Part shown: one piece after another, positions 1 through 8,397 of the stretch
How the letters are laid out: the number at the start of each line of letters is the position of its first letter
Position numbering within the stretch: position 1 is the stretch's first letter
DNA from: an uncultured Actinomyces sp.
Lineage (GTDB): Bacteria; Actinomycetota; Actinomycetes; Actinomycetales; Actinomycetaceae
Assembly: GCA_916719935.1 (NCBI GenBank)
Contig: CAKAPY010000001.1
Coordinates: 1-39,610, forward strand
DNA length: 39,610 nt
Direction of reading: 5' to 3'
Program-made: the position numbers and the translations under genes
Notes under the pieces: model-generated
What the model was told of the DNA's origin: nothing
Database searches by the model: none
The model's input: the letters and a program-made list of their open reading frames with translations, nothing else

Positions 1-55
1 AGATCAAGCGATTCCGAGGAAAGTCTGCCCTGCGCAGACGACTTTCACTCGCGAA
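1..55. repeat. 55-nt overlap with 39556-39610 (circular-assembly overlap)
   Basis: Bases 1-55 are identical to 39556-39610 and the polymerase reading frame continues across the join. Confidence 0.95.
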
Positions 56-2048
56 TGATCTGGCGATCGCAGACTATGTGCAGCAACTGCCCGAGAAAGC
101 AAAGCGAATGATTAACCAGCAGCACGTTAAGGATGAGAACCACCTTCGTGCTCTCATTGCGAAGGCGCTCCGTAAGGAAGTGCATTCTGCAACGGCGCCT
201 AGCGTTGACTTCATCAAGCATGTTCTGGACAATGCATATTCGTCTGGGATCACGTATGATGTGACCGACGCTAAGAACGCTGTGACGTCCTTCGCCGCTA
301 AGTCTACCAACCAGGCTGAGCGGTGTCTGAAGGTTGTGCAGGAGATGCACTTCATGTCTGAAGACAAGATGGAAGTACAGGCAGATGGAGACGGACCGAT
401 TGCGTTCTTCGACGTCGAGGTATTTCCTAACCTCTTCATTGTCTGCTACAAGTATCCGGGAGAGCCGGTCCGACGTTTCTTCAACCCGTCTGCTGAAGAC
501 GTGAAGAAGCTGATGGAGCTCCGACTCATCGGGTTCAACAACCGTAAGTACGACAACCACATCATGTATGCTGCGTCGCTCGGATATTCTAACGAAGAGC
601 TATTCGAGCAGTCTCAGCGAATCATCGAGAACAAAGCGAATGCTACTTTCCGGGAAGCGTACTCGATGTCCTACACGGATATTTACGACTTCTCGACAAA
701 GAAGCAGTCTCTTAAGAAGTGGGAGATTGAACTTGGGATTCATCACCAGGAGCTTGGTCTTCCTTGGGACAAGCCCGTTCCTGAGGAGCTTTGGGAAACC
801 GCGGGTGACTACTGCGCGAACGATGTCGAGGCGACTGAAGCTGTGTTTAATCACCTTAGTGATGACTGGGGTGCCCGACAGATTCTGGCTGAGCTTTCTG
901 GCCTATCTGTCAATGACACGACCAACCAGCACACATGCGCCTTGGTGTTCGGCAAAGACCGGAGGCCCGACAAGAGCAAGTTCGTCTACACAGACCTATC
1001 CACGATCTTCCCAGGATACACCTTCGATAAATTTAAGGGATCTTCCTATCGTGGAGAAGACCCCGGGGAGGGAGGCTACGTATACTCCGAACCCGGTTAC
1101 TACGAAGATGTTGTGCTCTTAGACGTCGCTTCAATGCATCCGACGTCTATCGAGGAGCTTAACCTCTTCGGACCCTACACCAAGAAGTACAGTGAACTTA
1201 AGCAAGCTCGCATCACGATTAAGCATAAGGACATGGACGCTCTTGGTAAGCTGTTTGACGGTAGGCTCCTGTCCATCGCTGAGCAGCATGATCTGGACAA
1301 GCTGGGTACTGCACTCAAGCTTCCTATCAACTCTATGTACGGATTGACGAGCGCCAAGTTCGACAACCCTGCATACGATCCTCGCAACATCGACAACATT
1401 GTCGCGAAGCGAGGGGCGCTCTTTATGATCGACCTCAAGCACTATGTGCAGGATGAGCTCGGTCTGACAGTTGCGCACATCAAGACGGACTCGATCAAGA
1501 TTCCGGGGGCTACGCCTGACGATATTCAGAAGGTGATGGAGTTCGGTCAGCGATACGGGTACACCTTCGAACACGAGGCCACCTATGCCAAGATGGTGCT
1601 CGTGAACAAGGCCGTCTATATTGCCAAGTATGCGTTCCCTCATGAAGGTGAGTGGACGGCTACTGGCAAGCAGTTCCAGGAGCCCTACGTGTTCAAGAAG
1701 CTCTTCTCTGGAGAGCCGATTGAATTCGAGGACTACGTCCAGACCAAGCAGGTACAGACCGCCATGTATCTGCGCTTCCCTGATGGGGAGCCTCACTTCG
1801 TTGGTAGGGTCGGTGCGTTCGTGCCGATCAAGCCAGACAGGGGTGGCGGTGAACTCCTTAGGGAGAACAAGGACGGCGAGATCAAAGACGCCGTTGTGGG
1901 TACTAAGGGATATTTCTGGAAGGAAGCAGAGGTAGTCAAGTACCTACACCTGGAGCAGGATGTTGATACATCTTACTCCGAAGCGCTCGCGGACGAAGCG
2001 CGCGCAGCCATTGAACAATTCATCAACTTCGACGAATTCGTCGCTTAG
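1..2048 (+). CDS. C-terminal part of helicase-primase-polymerase fusion: 3'-5' exonuclease plus family B-like DNA polymerase (continues from 37866)
   Basis: Exo motifs FFDVEVF, GFNNRKYD, YCANDV; pol motifs LLDVASMHP, KLPINSMYG, HIKTDS; in frame with 37866 through the join, so the ORF-track start at 78 is internal. Confidence 0.85.
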   Translation, partial: IKRFRGKSALRRRLSLANDLAIADYVQQLPEKAKRMINQQHVKDENHLRALIAKALRKEVHSATAPSVDFIKHVLDNAYSSGITYDVTDAKNAVTSFAAKSTNQAERCLKVVQEMHFMSEDKMEVQADGDGPIAFFDVEVFPNLFIVCYKYPGEPVRRFFNPSAEDVKKLMELRLIGFNNRKYDNHIMYAASLGYSNEELFEQSQRIIENKANATFREAYSMSYTDIYDFSTKKQSLKKWEIELGIHHQELGLPWDKPVPEELWETAGDYCANDVEATEAVFNHLSDDWGARQILAELSGLSVNDTTNQHTCALVFGKDRRPDKSKFVYTDLSTIFPGYTFDKFKGSSYRGEDPGEGGYVYSEPGYYEDVVLLDVASMHPTSIEELNLFGPYTKKYSELKQARITIKHKDMDALGKLFDGRLLSIAEQHDLDKLGTALKLPINSMYGLTSAKFDNPAYDPRNIDNIVAKRGALFMIDLKHYVQDELGLTVAHIKTDSIKIPGATPDDIQKVMEFGQRYGYTFEHEATYAKMVLVNKAVYIAKYAFPHEGEWTATGKQFQEPYVFKKLFSGEPIEFEDYVQTKQVQTAMYLRFPDGEPHFVGRVGAFVPIKPDRGGGELLRENKDGEIKDAVVGTKGYFWKEAEVVKYLHLEQDVDTSYSEALADEARAAIEQFINFDEFVA

Positions 2049-2062
2049 AAAGGAAACCAAAC

Positions 2063-2521
2063 ATGGCATCTGATATCTGCATCGAGAACGGTAAGCTGTT
2101 CTTCCTGAACTTCTCCGGAGCTGCTTCGCGCTTCAACAAGGAAGGTCGTCGTGAGTTCTCCGTCGCGATCCCTCTGGATCTCGTGGATGATCTCGTCAAT
2201 GACGGCTGGAACATCAAGTACGGCAAGGACAAGGACCGCAACCCGGATCCCGAGAAGCCGTACATCACAGTCAAGGTCCGATTCGACTTCCGTCCGCCGG
2301 CGATCTGGATGATCACTGGTGGTCGCAAGGTCCTGCTGTCGGAAGAGACCGTTGGTTCGCTGGACGGCGTTACGATCAAGACGGCTGATGTCGTGATCTC
2401 CCCGCACGTTTACGACTTCAATGGCAACAAGGGTATCTCTGCATACCTCAAGGAGGCCTACATCACGGTCGATGATGAGACCTCGACGTTCGCTGCTAAG
2501 TACGCAGATCTGGACGTCTAA
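2063..2521 (+). CDS. Putative single-stranded DNA-binding protein
   Basis: Directly after the polymerase, GAAAGGA RBS, beta-rich phage-SSB-like sequence (NFSG...GISAYLK), acidic C-terminus. Confidence 0.65.
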   Translation: MASDICIENGKLFFLNFSGAASRFNKEGRREFSVAIPLDLVDDLVNDGWNIKYGKDKDRNPDPEKPYITVKVRFDFRPPAIWMITGGRKVLLSEETVGSLDGVTIKTADVVISPHVYDFNGNKGISAYLKEAYITVDDETSTFAAKYADLDV

Positions 2522-2528
2522 TATTCCT

Positions 2529-2562
2529 GACGGGGGTGGGTTGTGTGTGGCCTGCCCCCGTC
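2529..2562 (+). terminator. GC-rich stem-loop after ssb (terminator or attenuator)
   Basis: GACGGGGGTGGG...CCTGCCCCCGTC inverted repeat; no clear U-tract. Confidence 0.45.
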
Positions 2563-2578
2563 GTTAGGAGTTGGTGAA

Positions 2579-2956
2579 ATGCTCGATGAAGTAGACATTT
2601 GGGCACGGGTACCAAACTTTCCTCAGTACGAGGCTAATCGTCTGGGGGATGTTCGAAGAGTCGACACTAGCATAGCGCTGCGACCGTTTACTAGGAATGG
2701 TCAAAGTCTATATGTCAGGCTCTACAAGTCTTCCGGGGTGGCATCTGAAAAGACTGTCGCCTCGGTTGTTTGGGCTGCTTTCTACAAGAGGTGGCCCACT
2801 GATTCCTTCGTTTGCCATGCTGATGGTGACGTTAGGAACAACGCTCTGGATAACCTATATTTAGGATCCCGGGCGGATGTCAACAAAACAAGGCGGCGTC
2901 TGGATGACACAATCTGGGACCGCCTACAGAAGGAAGGAGAACTAGTTCATGGCTAA
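2579..2956 (+). CDS. NUMOD4/HNH homing-endonuclease-like protein
   Basis: WARVPNFPQYEANRLGDVR (NUMOD4-like) and VCHADGDVRNNALDNL (HNH-like); AGGAG upstream of ATG 2579. Confidence 0.7.
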   Translation: MLDEVDIWARVPNFPQYEANRLGDVRRVDTSIALRPFTRNGQSLYVRLYKSSGVASEKTVASVVWAAFYKRWPTDSFVCHADGDVRNNALDNLYLGSRADVNKTRRRLDDTIWDRLQKEGELVHG

Positions 2957-3518
2957 CTGGTTCGAAACTGTGGTGCCGGACAACCAGGCCTGGCACGATC
3001 TTAACCCGGTTAAGGAGAGGCTTTCCTCCGTGGATGCTCTCGGTATCGCGGGTTACCTCGAGGCCGTCCTCTCGGATCCGATGAACTCCAAGTTCGACAA
3101 CGACAACTTCACGGCGATCGTGAACATCAAGAACGGATTCATCCCGATCAACGGAGACTACACGGGCTTCTCGATCGAGATCCATGGTGAGATTGGTGGT
3201 GAGCAGGTTGACAAGACCGTGCTCCACACCGACGATCCCAAGGCCGAGGTCTACATGTGGAACATCGAGAAGCTTGTCTTCGCCGAGAATGGCGCCTCAG
3301 CTGTGGATGCGTCTAAGCATACCACGATCGATGCGGGTGGCGACTATATCATGCGTATCAAAGTTGAGGGTAACGCGAACGAGCCGGGTGCGACTCCTGC
3401 AGATGGTCGGGGTAAGTACTGGGCTGAGCACGCTGAGTTCAACCCGAAGATCACCCCTACTGCTCTGACATCTATCAAGGCGGCACTCAACCGCGAGCAA
3501 GGAATGGATTCTCTCTGA
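2949..3518 (+). CDS. Hypothetical protein
   Basis: 189-aa ORF, GAAGGAG RBS, typical codon usage. Confidence 0.75.
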   Translation: MANWFETVVPDNQAWHDLNPVKERLSSVDALGIAGYLEAVLSDPMNSKFDNDNFTAIVNIKNGFIPINGDYTGFSIEIHGEIGGEQVDKTVLHTDDPKAEVYMWNIEKLVFAENGASAVDASKHTTIDAGGDYIMRIKVEGNANEPGATPADGRGKYWAEHAEFNPKITPTALTSIKAALNREQGMDSL

Positions 3519-4000
3519 TGACTAAGATTCCCGCAGAAATCAAGAAGAAGCTTGTCGCCGAGAAGGACTTCTTCAAGTTCACGAAGTACGAACAGGACAT
3601 GCGCAAGATCAACGACAACATCGTTGGTCTCGTGATGAAGGCAGTCGGCAACAAGATTGCTGACGACCAGCCTTACACCTTCCGGATTAACTTTCGCAAC
3701 GGTCGCATCGTCGGCGAGACCTTTGATCCTCGTTTCTCTGTTGAGAAGCTTGAGGGGCGTACCTCCACTACCGAGTTCTCCCTCAAGGATGATTCGGACA
3801 CGGTGTACTACGAACTCAAGCATCTCGGCACGGATTACGATGGTCAGATCACCAATGGTGACTCCTGGGTTGCCCGCATCAAGCAGGTTAACTATGTGAC
3901 CAAGGAAGTTATGGTTAACCCTGACTTTGATGACCCTGAGGAGCGTAAGCTCATCTCGGACGCACTTATGCGTGGGTTTAAGTCTCCTGAGATGGCCTGA
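3518..4000 (+). CDS. Hypothetical protein
   Basis: 160-aa ORF coupled by TGATG overlap. Confidence 0.75.
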   Translation: MTKIPAEIKKKLVAEKDFFKFTKYEQDMRKINDNIVGLVMKAVGNKIADDQPYTFRINFRNGRIVGETFDPRFSVEKLEGRTSTTEFSLKDDSDTVYYELKHLGTDYDGQITNGDSWVARIKQVNYVTKEVMVNPDFDDPEERKLISDALMRGFKSPEMA

Positions 4001-4045
4001 GTCTAGCGCTCGTTGAACTATATTTAGACGAAAGGTATCCTACAA

Positions 4046-4408
4046 ATGCTTGCTGGCGAGTACTTCATTCGCGGATTCGACACCGTCAAGACTTCGTTCT
4101 CCACTCCTCTACGGGAGCAGACGCCTCCCGACTTCAAGAAGGAGATCCTATCGGGTAAGCGTCCTGTCCTCGGGGAAATTCTGATGGTGCCCGGGGACGA
4201 GGAAGACGTGAAGGTGATCAAGTGGGTCGAGATCACTACGCATCGCGGTAAGTGTATCCTTAATGGTACGAACCCTCTGGCGTGGGAATGGATCGCTAAG
4301 GTGCACTACGGGTTGTTTAACTACCCGGTTAAGATCGAGATGTATCCTCACATTCCTAAGGATGCGGCGGAAGTGGTGCTCCGCTTGCTGAAGAAGGAGA
4401 TTCTCTAG
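4046..4408 (+). CDS. Hypothetical protein
   Basis: 120-aa ORF, GAAAGG RBS. Confidence 0.7.
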   Translation: MLAGEYFIRGFDTVKTSFSTPLREQTPPDFKKEILSGKRPVLGEILMVPGDEEDVKVIKWVEITTHRGKCILNGTNPLAWEWIAKVHYGLFNYPVKIEMYPHIPKDAAEVVLRLLKKEIL

Positions 4409-4413
4409 AAGTA

Positions 4414-5559
4414 ATGGTTGCGAAGTTATATTCGCATCAGGAAGAGGCCTTGGGGCTCCTACAAAGTGGCAAAGTCCTTGTCGGTGGCGTCGGCTCGGGC
4501 AAGTCACGTGTAGGAGCCTCTTGGGCCCTTTCTCAAGCGGATGAAAGCAAGATCATTGTTATCACTATTGCGCGGAAGAGAGACTCTCTCGAGTGGGAGG
4601 GCGAGTTCGCTGCGCTCGGTGCCGATTTTGAAGAGGTGACAATCGAGAGTTGGAACAACATCTCGAAATTCGACGACTGCTGTCTTAATGTGTTCATATT
4701 TGATGAACAGCGTGTAGTCGGGTCTGGAGCCTGGGTTAAGAGCTTCCTCAAAATTGCGGAGAATAATCAATGGATTATGCTCAGTGCAACGCCGGGGGAT
4801 GTCTGGCTTGACTACGCCCCCCTCTTCATCGCCAACGGGTATTACAAAAACCGAACCGAGTTCGCAGAACGACACATTGTCTGGGACAGGTTCGCGAAAT
4901 ACCCGAAGGTGAAGCGGTATCTTGATACGGGGCTTCTCGAAGCTCGTCGTAGGAAGATACTCGTCCCTATGCCGGCAGAACGCCACACTAGACGTAACCG
5001 GTCCTACATCCCCATGGAGTACGACAAGGAGACGTACGAGTCCATCGCTAAGAAGCGTGTGGATCCATGGACCGAGGAACCTTATAGAAATGCTGCCGGT
5101 GTCTGTTACGGCTTACGTAAATGTGTCAACTCGGATAGGTCTCGCGTGGATCATATTCGTCTGGTGGCGCGCAAGCGTAAGAAGCTGATTGTGTTCTACA
5201 ACTTTAACTACGAGCGAGACATCCTGCTTGAATTGCGGGATGAATTCACCGTAGCTGAGTGGAACGGGCACAATCACGAGCCGATCCCGTCTACTGATTC
5301 ATGGGTATATTTGGTACAGTATACCGCGGGCGCCGAGGGGTGGAACTGTGTAGAGACGGACACGATTGTGTTCTACTCCCTCAACTACTCGTGGAAGGTC
5401 TTGGAGCAGGCTGAAGGTCGCATTGACCGGATCAACACTCCATTCACAGATCTCCACTACTTCTATTTTTTCTCGGAGTCTGGAATAGACTCTGCCATCC
5501 GGAAGGCCGTCCAAGAGAAGGGCGTCTTCAATGAGCGCATATTTGCGCACAACCTGTAA
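4414..5559 (+). CDS. Superfamily 2 (SNF2-like) DNA helicase
   Basis: Walker A GGVGSGKS, IFDEQ, LSATP, GAEGWN, QAEGRIDR. Confidence 0.85.
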   Translation: MVAKLYSHQEEALGLLQSGKVLVGGVGSGKSRVGASWALSQADESKIIVITIARKRDSLEWEGEFAALGADFEEVTIESWNNISKFDDCCLNVFIFDEQRVVGSGAWVKSFLKIAENNQWIMLSATPGDVWLDYAPLFIANGYYKNRTEFAERHIVWDRFAKYPKVKRYLDTGLLEARRRKILVPMPAERHTRRNRSYIPMEYDKETYESIAKKRVDPWTEEPYRNAAGVCYGLRKCVNSDRSRVDHIRLVARKRKKLIVFYNFNYERDILLELRDEFTVAEWNGHNHEPIPSTDSWVYLVQYTAGAEGWNCVETDTIVFYSLNYSWKVLEQAEGRIDRINTPFTDLHYFYFFSESGIDSAIRKAVQEKGVFNERIFAHNL

Positions 5560-5570
5560 AGGAGCATGAA

Positions 5571-5879
5571 ATGTCTATGAAGCCCGGTTGCGTGATTTAC
5601 AACCCCGAAGGTAAGAGCTGGTGTGTTCTCGTTGAGTCGTATCAGGAGGATGGGACGATTCGTCGTTTTATGTCATTTCACAAGACTCTTCATGACGCGA
5701 GACTAACCCGACAGGCTCATGCTGATGTTAACGAGGGAGACCCCAACGTTAAGATCCACTTGTTCAAGTATGAGTTTATTGCGGATGACCGGCAGATCGC
5801 TGAAATGATGATACACCAGGCACTTGAGGCTATGGTCGATTCTTGGGAAAAGGAGCTCAGCAATGACTGCAACGACTGA
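5571..5879 (+). CDS. Hypothetical protein
   Basis: ORF with AAAGGAG RBS; exact start uncertain. Confidence 0.65.
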   Translation: MSMKPGCVIYNPEGKSWCVLVESYQEDGTIRRFMSFHKTLHDARLTRQAHADVNEGDPNVKIHLFKYEFIADDRQIAEMMIHQALEAMVDSWEKELSNDCND

Positions 5880-6144
5880 GTGGTGCATCCTGGCCGTTAT
5901 TGATTTCAAGACGGGCTTCGCGCCTTGTGTGGTTCTTAGTGTTCATCAGAATCTACGGAAGGCTCATGCATACGCAATTAGTTTAGCTGACGATCCCCAC
6001 TGGCCAACAACCGTAGATATGTTGAAGTACACGGATGACATTCGTAAACTGAAAGTGGGCGATTATCTCCGCGATAAGAAGATCGATGTCATTATGGACA
6101 AAACTGGTAATGTAGTCGTAGAAGGGGCTTACGATGAAGACTGA
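5863..6144 (+). CDS. Hypothetical protein
   Basis: AAAGGAG upstream of ATG 5863. Confidence 0.6.
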   Translation: MTATTEWCILAVIDFKTGFAPCVVLSVHQNLRKAHAYAISLADDPHWPTTVDMLKYTDDIRKLKVGDYLRDKKIDVIMDKTGNVVVEGAYDED

Positions 6145-6529
6145 TAATGGATACGAGCTCTCGGACTTCTCTGTCGATATTTTCGAAGAGGGGGAGCATA
6201 TCAAGGTTCGAGTCGAGTGTTTCGCCGACGATCGTACTCACGTGCCTTTCCACTTGTACAACCAGGGGGTAATTGAAAAGGCCGCTGCCAGCGATTCGAA
6301 ATTCTTCTACGCCGTACTGGCTAGGATGATCACTGAGAATCTCAACGGTATACTAACTTCGAACATTGTCCAACCCGAGCCGTGTGAGTGTCAGGACCAT
6401 TACTGGTTCAAGACGCACCCGGACGACAGGCAGGAATACTGGCGTACGAAGAGCGGGCGTATCTATTCGAAGACACACACCATCAAGTGCCCAAACAATC
6501 CGGCAAATCGAAGGAAGAACAATGACTAA
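6134..6529 (+). CDS. Hypothetical protein, possible C-terminal Zn-binding Cys/His cluster
   Basis: CECQDH...HTIKCP; overlaps neighbours in operon fashion. Confidence 0.6.
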   Translation: MKTDNGYELSDFSVDIFEEGEHIKVRVECFADDRTHVPFHLYNQGVIEKAAASDSKFFYAVLARMITENLNGILTSNIVQPEPCECQDHYWFKTHPDDRQEYWRTKSGRIYSKTHTIKCPNNPANRRKNND

Positions 6530-6758
6530 CAAGACCTATATTTTCGGACAGGACATCAACACCGAGTGGATGGTCCATGTCACGACGGTCGACTCAGAGA
6601 ACAAGCAGCGTTACGACTACTACGCATTTTTCGAAGATCGTGCTAGGGCCGATACCTATGTCAAGGGTCTGGTCTGCATGATGCCGGAGAAGAATGTCGT
6701 CATCCGAATGACCAAGGTTGAGTGCTTCGACGAGCTCGACACTCTGCGGATCTTCTGA
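6522..6758 (+). CDS. Hypothetical protein
   Basis: GAAGGA upstream of ATG 6522. Confidence 0.6.
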   Translation: MTNKTYIFGQDINTEWMVHVTTVDSENKQRYDYYAFFEDRARADTYVKGLVCMMPEKNVVIRMTKVECFDELDTLRIF

Positions 6759-6772
6759 GAGGGGTTGCTGAC

Positions 6773-6979
6773 GTGGAAACTGTACCGTACATACTGGTAT
6801 TCCGAAGGTATTATAAAGAGGAACTTCGTCACGAGGAGAGGCATCTCTTTAGTAGCTTGAGGGATTTGTACGCTCACACTGCGTGGTTGATCGGACAGAG
6901 CGGCCAGTACGAGATCCACACTCGCTATGATATTCGGGTTGAACTCGCTGAAATTGACCCGATGCCGCCTGCTGCATGA
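6773..6979 (+). CDS. Hypothetical protein
   Basis: GAGGGG upstream of GTG 6773. Confidence 0.5.
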   Translation: METVPYILVFRRYYKEELRHEERHLFSSLRDLYAHTAWLIGQSGQYEIHTRYDIRVELAEIDPMPPAA

Positions 6980-7039
6980 TGATTTGTAGGGCGGGGGATC
7001 GCCTAAAAACGGTCCCTCGCTCTGCAGATACTACTTGGA

Positions 7040-7510
7040 TTCTCATTTTTTGCCGGGACAGGGTGGGACAGAAACGGGACAAAGTGGGCCACTTCCGGGA
7101 CAAAAACGGGACAAAAGGGTCTTCAGGTGGGCCTCATTACCCACTACGGATGGGGTCTCATTACCCACTACGGGGCTATTTTTGGCCCATTTTGGGACAC
7201 TGTCCCACTTTTTTGTCCCACTGTCCCACTTTTGGCCCACTTGTCAATGTCGACTTTTCGTTGCAATTTCAAGGAAAAGTCGCTGCTGTCCCATTTGGCC
7301 CACTTATTTTTCTATTAAATTAAATTAAATTAAAAATAAATATATATAATAAGAGCCCCGGGACAGTGGGACAAACGGGACACTTGCAATTTTCATGCAA
7401 TTTCTGGCCCAAAATCCTAGTGGGTAACGAACCCATACAAAAACTTTTCCTATAATGGATAGAACGGGGCCCATTAGGCCCTTACCCACTGTCCTTACCC
7501 ACTGGGGTTT
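7040..7510. other. Putative replication origin / control region
   Basis: Non-coding; about 13 GGGACA/TGTCCC hexamers in both orientations around an almost pure A/T tract (~7305-7352). Confidence 0.6.
7433..7459 (+). promoter_or_regulatory. Linear promoter motif (AC-N6-TATAATG) upstream of the nuclease-RNAP operon
   Basis: CCATACAAAA-AC-TTTTCC-TATAATGGA, same spacing as the early-region motif. Confidence 0.65.
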
Positions 7511-7543
7511 TACCATTTCTTTACCTTTGCGAAAGGAGCAAAC

Positions 7544-7846
7544 ATGAGCGCAAAGGAAAACAAGTACCAGCGAGATCTGATGGGGAAGCTATCCCGGCTA
7601 TTGCCCGGATGCCTCATCTTGAAGAACGACCCTAACTATCTACAGGGAGTTCCAGATCTTCTGATCCTTCACGGTGACATGTGGGCCATGCTTGAAGTCA
7701 AGGCATCTGACAAGGCGCACGTTCAACCGAACCAGACATATTATGTCAACCGCCTGACGATGATGGGCTTCGCTCGTTTCATCTACCCAGAGAACGAGAA
7801 GGAAGTCCTTGACGAACTTCAGCTTTATTTTGGAGTCCGCCAGTGA
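7544..7846 (+). CDS. VRR-NUC domain nuclease (putative junction resolvase)
   Basis: GVPDLLIL...MLEVK, QPNQ; ~100 aa; GAAAGGAG RBS. Confidence 0.8.
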   Translation: MSAKENKYQRDLMGKLSRLLPGCLILKNDPNYLQGVPDLLILHGDMWAMLEVKASDKAHVQPNQTYYVNRLTMMGFARFIYPENEKEVLDELQLYFGVRQ

Positions 7847-8397
7847 AATTCGTCGACCACTCTAACCTCGAAGGCAAGCACGCATTCCTCGGGGCGAGTA
7901 AAAGCTCATGGCTCCGATACGATGATGATAAAGTCCTCAAGACTTATCGTAATGCTCGAGCAGCTGCTATTGGTACTCAACTCCATGAGATTGCTGCTGA
8001 GCATATTCGTTTGGGACTCCCCTTCGGTGACACCGTTGATACAGTCGGCATGTTCGTCAACGACGCCATCCGATATTCAATGACTCCGGAGCAGGTTCTA
8101 TATTTTAGCCCCCATGCCTTCGGAACCGCCGATGCGATTTCCTTCGATCCAGACAGCGAACTGCTGCGTATTCACGATCTTAAGACCGGACTAGGTCCGA
8201 CCAAGTTTGAACAACTCGAGATCTACGCCGCTCTTTTCTGCCTGGAGTATAATATTTCCCCGACGATTAACATACATCTTCGCATTTATCAAAACGGTGA
8301 AGTAAGATCCCACACTCCCGATACAGATGATATTCGGGACATCATGCGCCGAATCGTACATTTCTCGGATATTCTAGACTTGGAGGACCAGTGCTGA
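7843..8397 (+). CDS. PD-(D/E)xK (RecB/Cas4-like) exonuclease
   Basis: GTQLH, FGTADAI, IHDLKTG, QLEIYA. Confidence 0.75.
   Translation: MKFVDHSNLEGKHAFLGASKSSWLRYDDDKVLKTYRNARAAAIGTQLHEIAAEHIRLGLPFGDTVDTVGMFVNDAIRYSMTPEQVLYFSPHAFGTADAISFDPDSELLRIHDLKTGLGPTKFEQLEIYAALFCLEYNISPTINIHLRIYQNGEVRSHTPDTDDIRDIMRRIVHFSDILDLEDQC

Noticed and set aside
6976..7516. ORFs across the repeat/AT-rich region
   Set aside because: Translations simply reflect the DNA repeats; no convincing RBS
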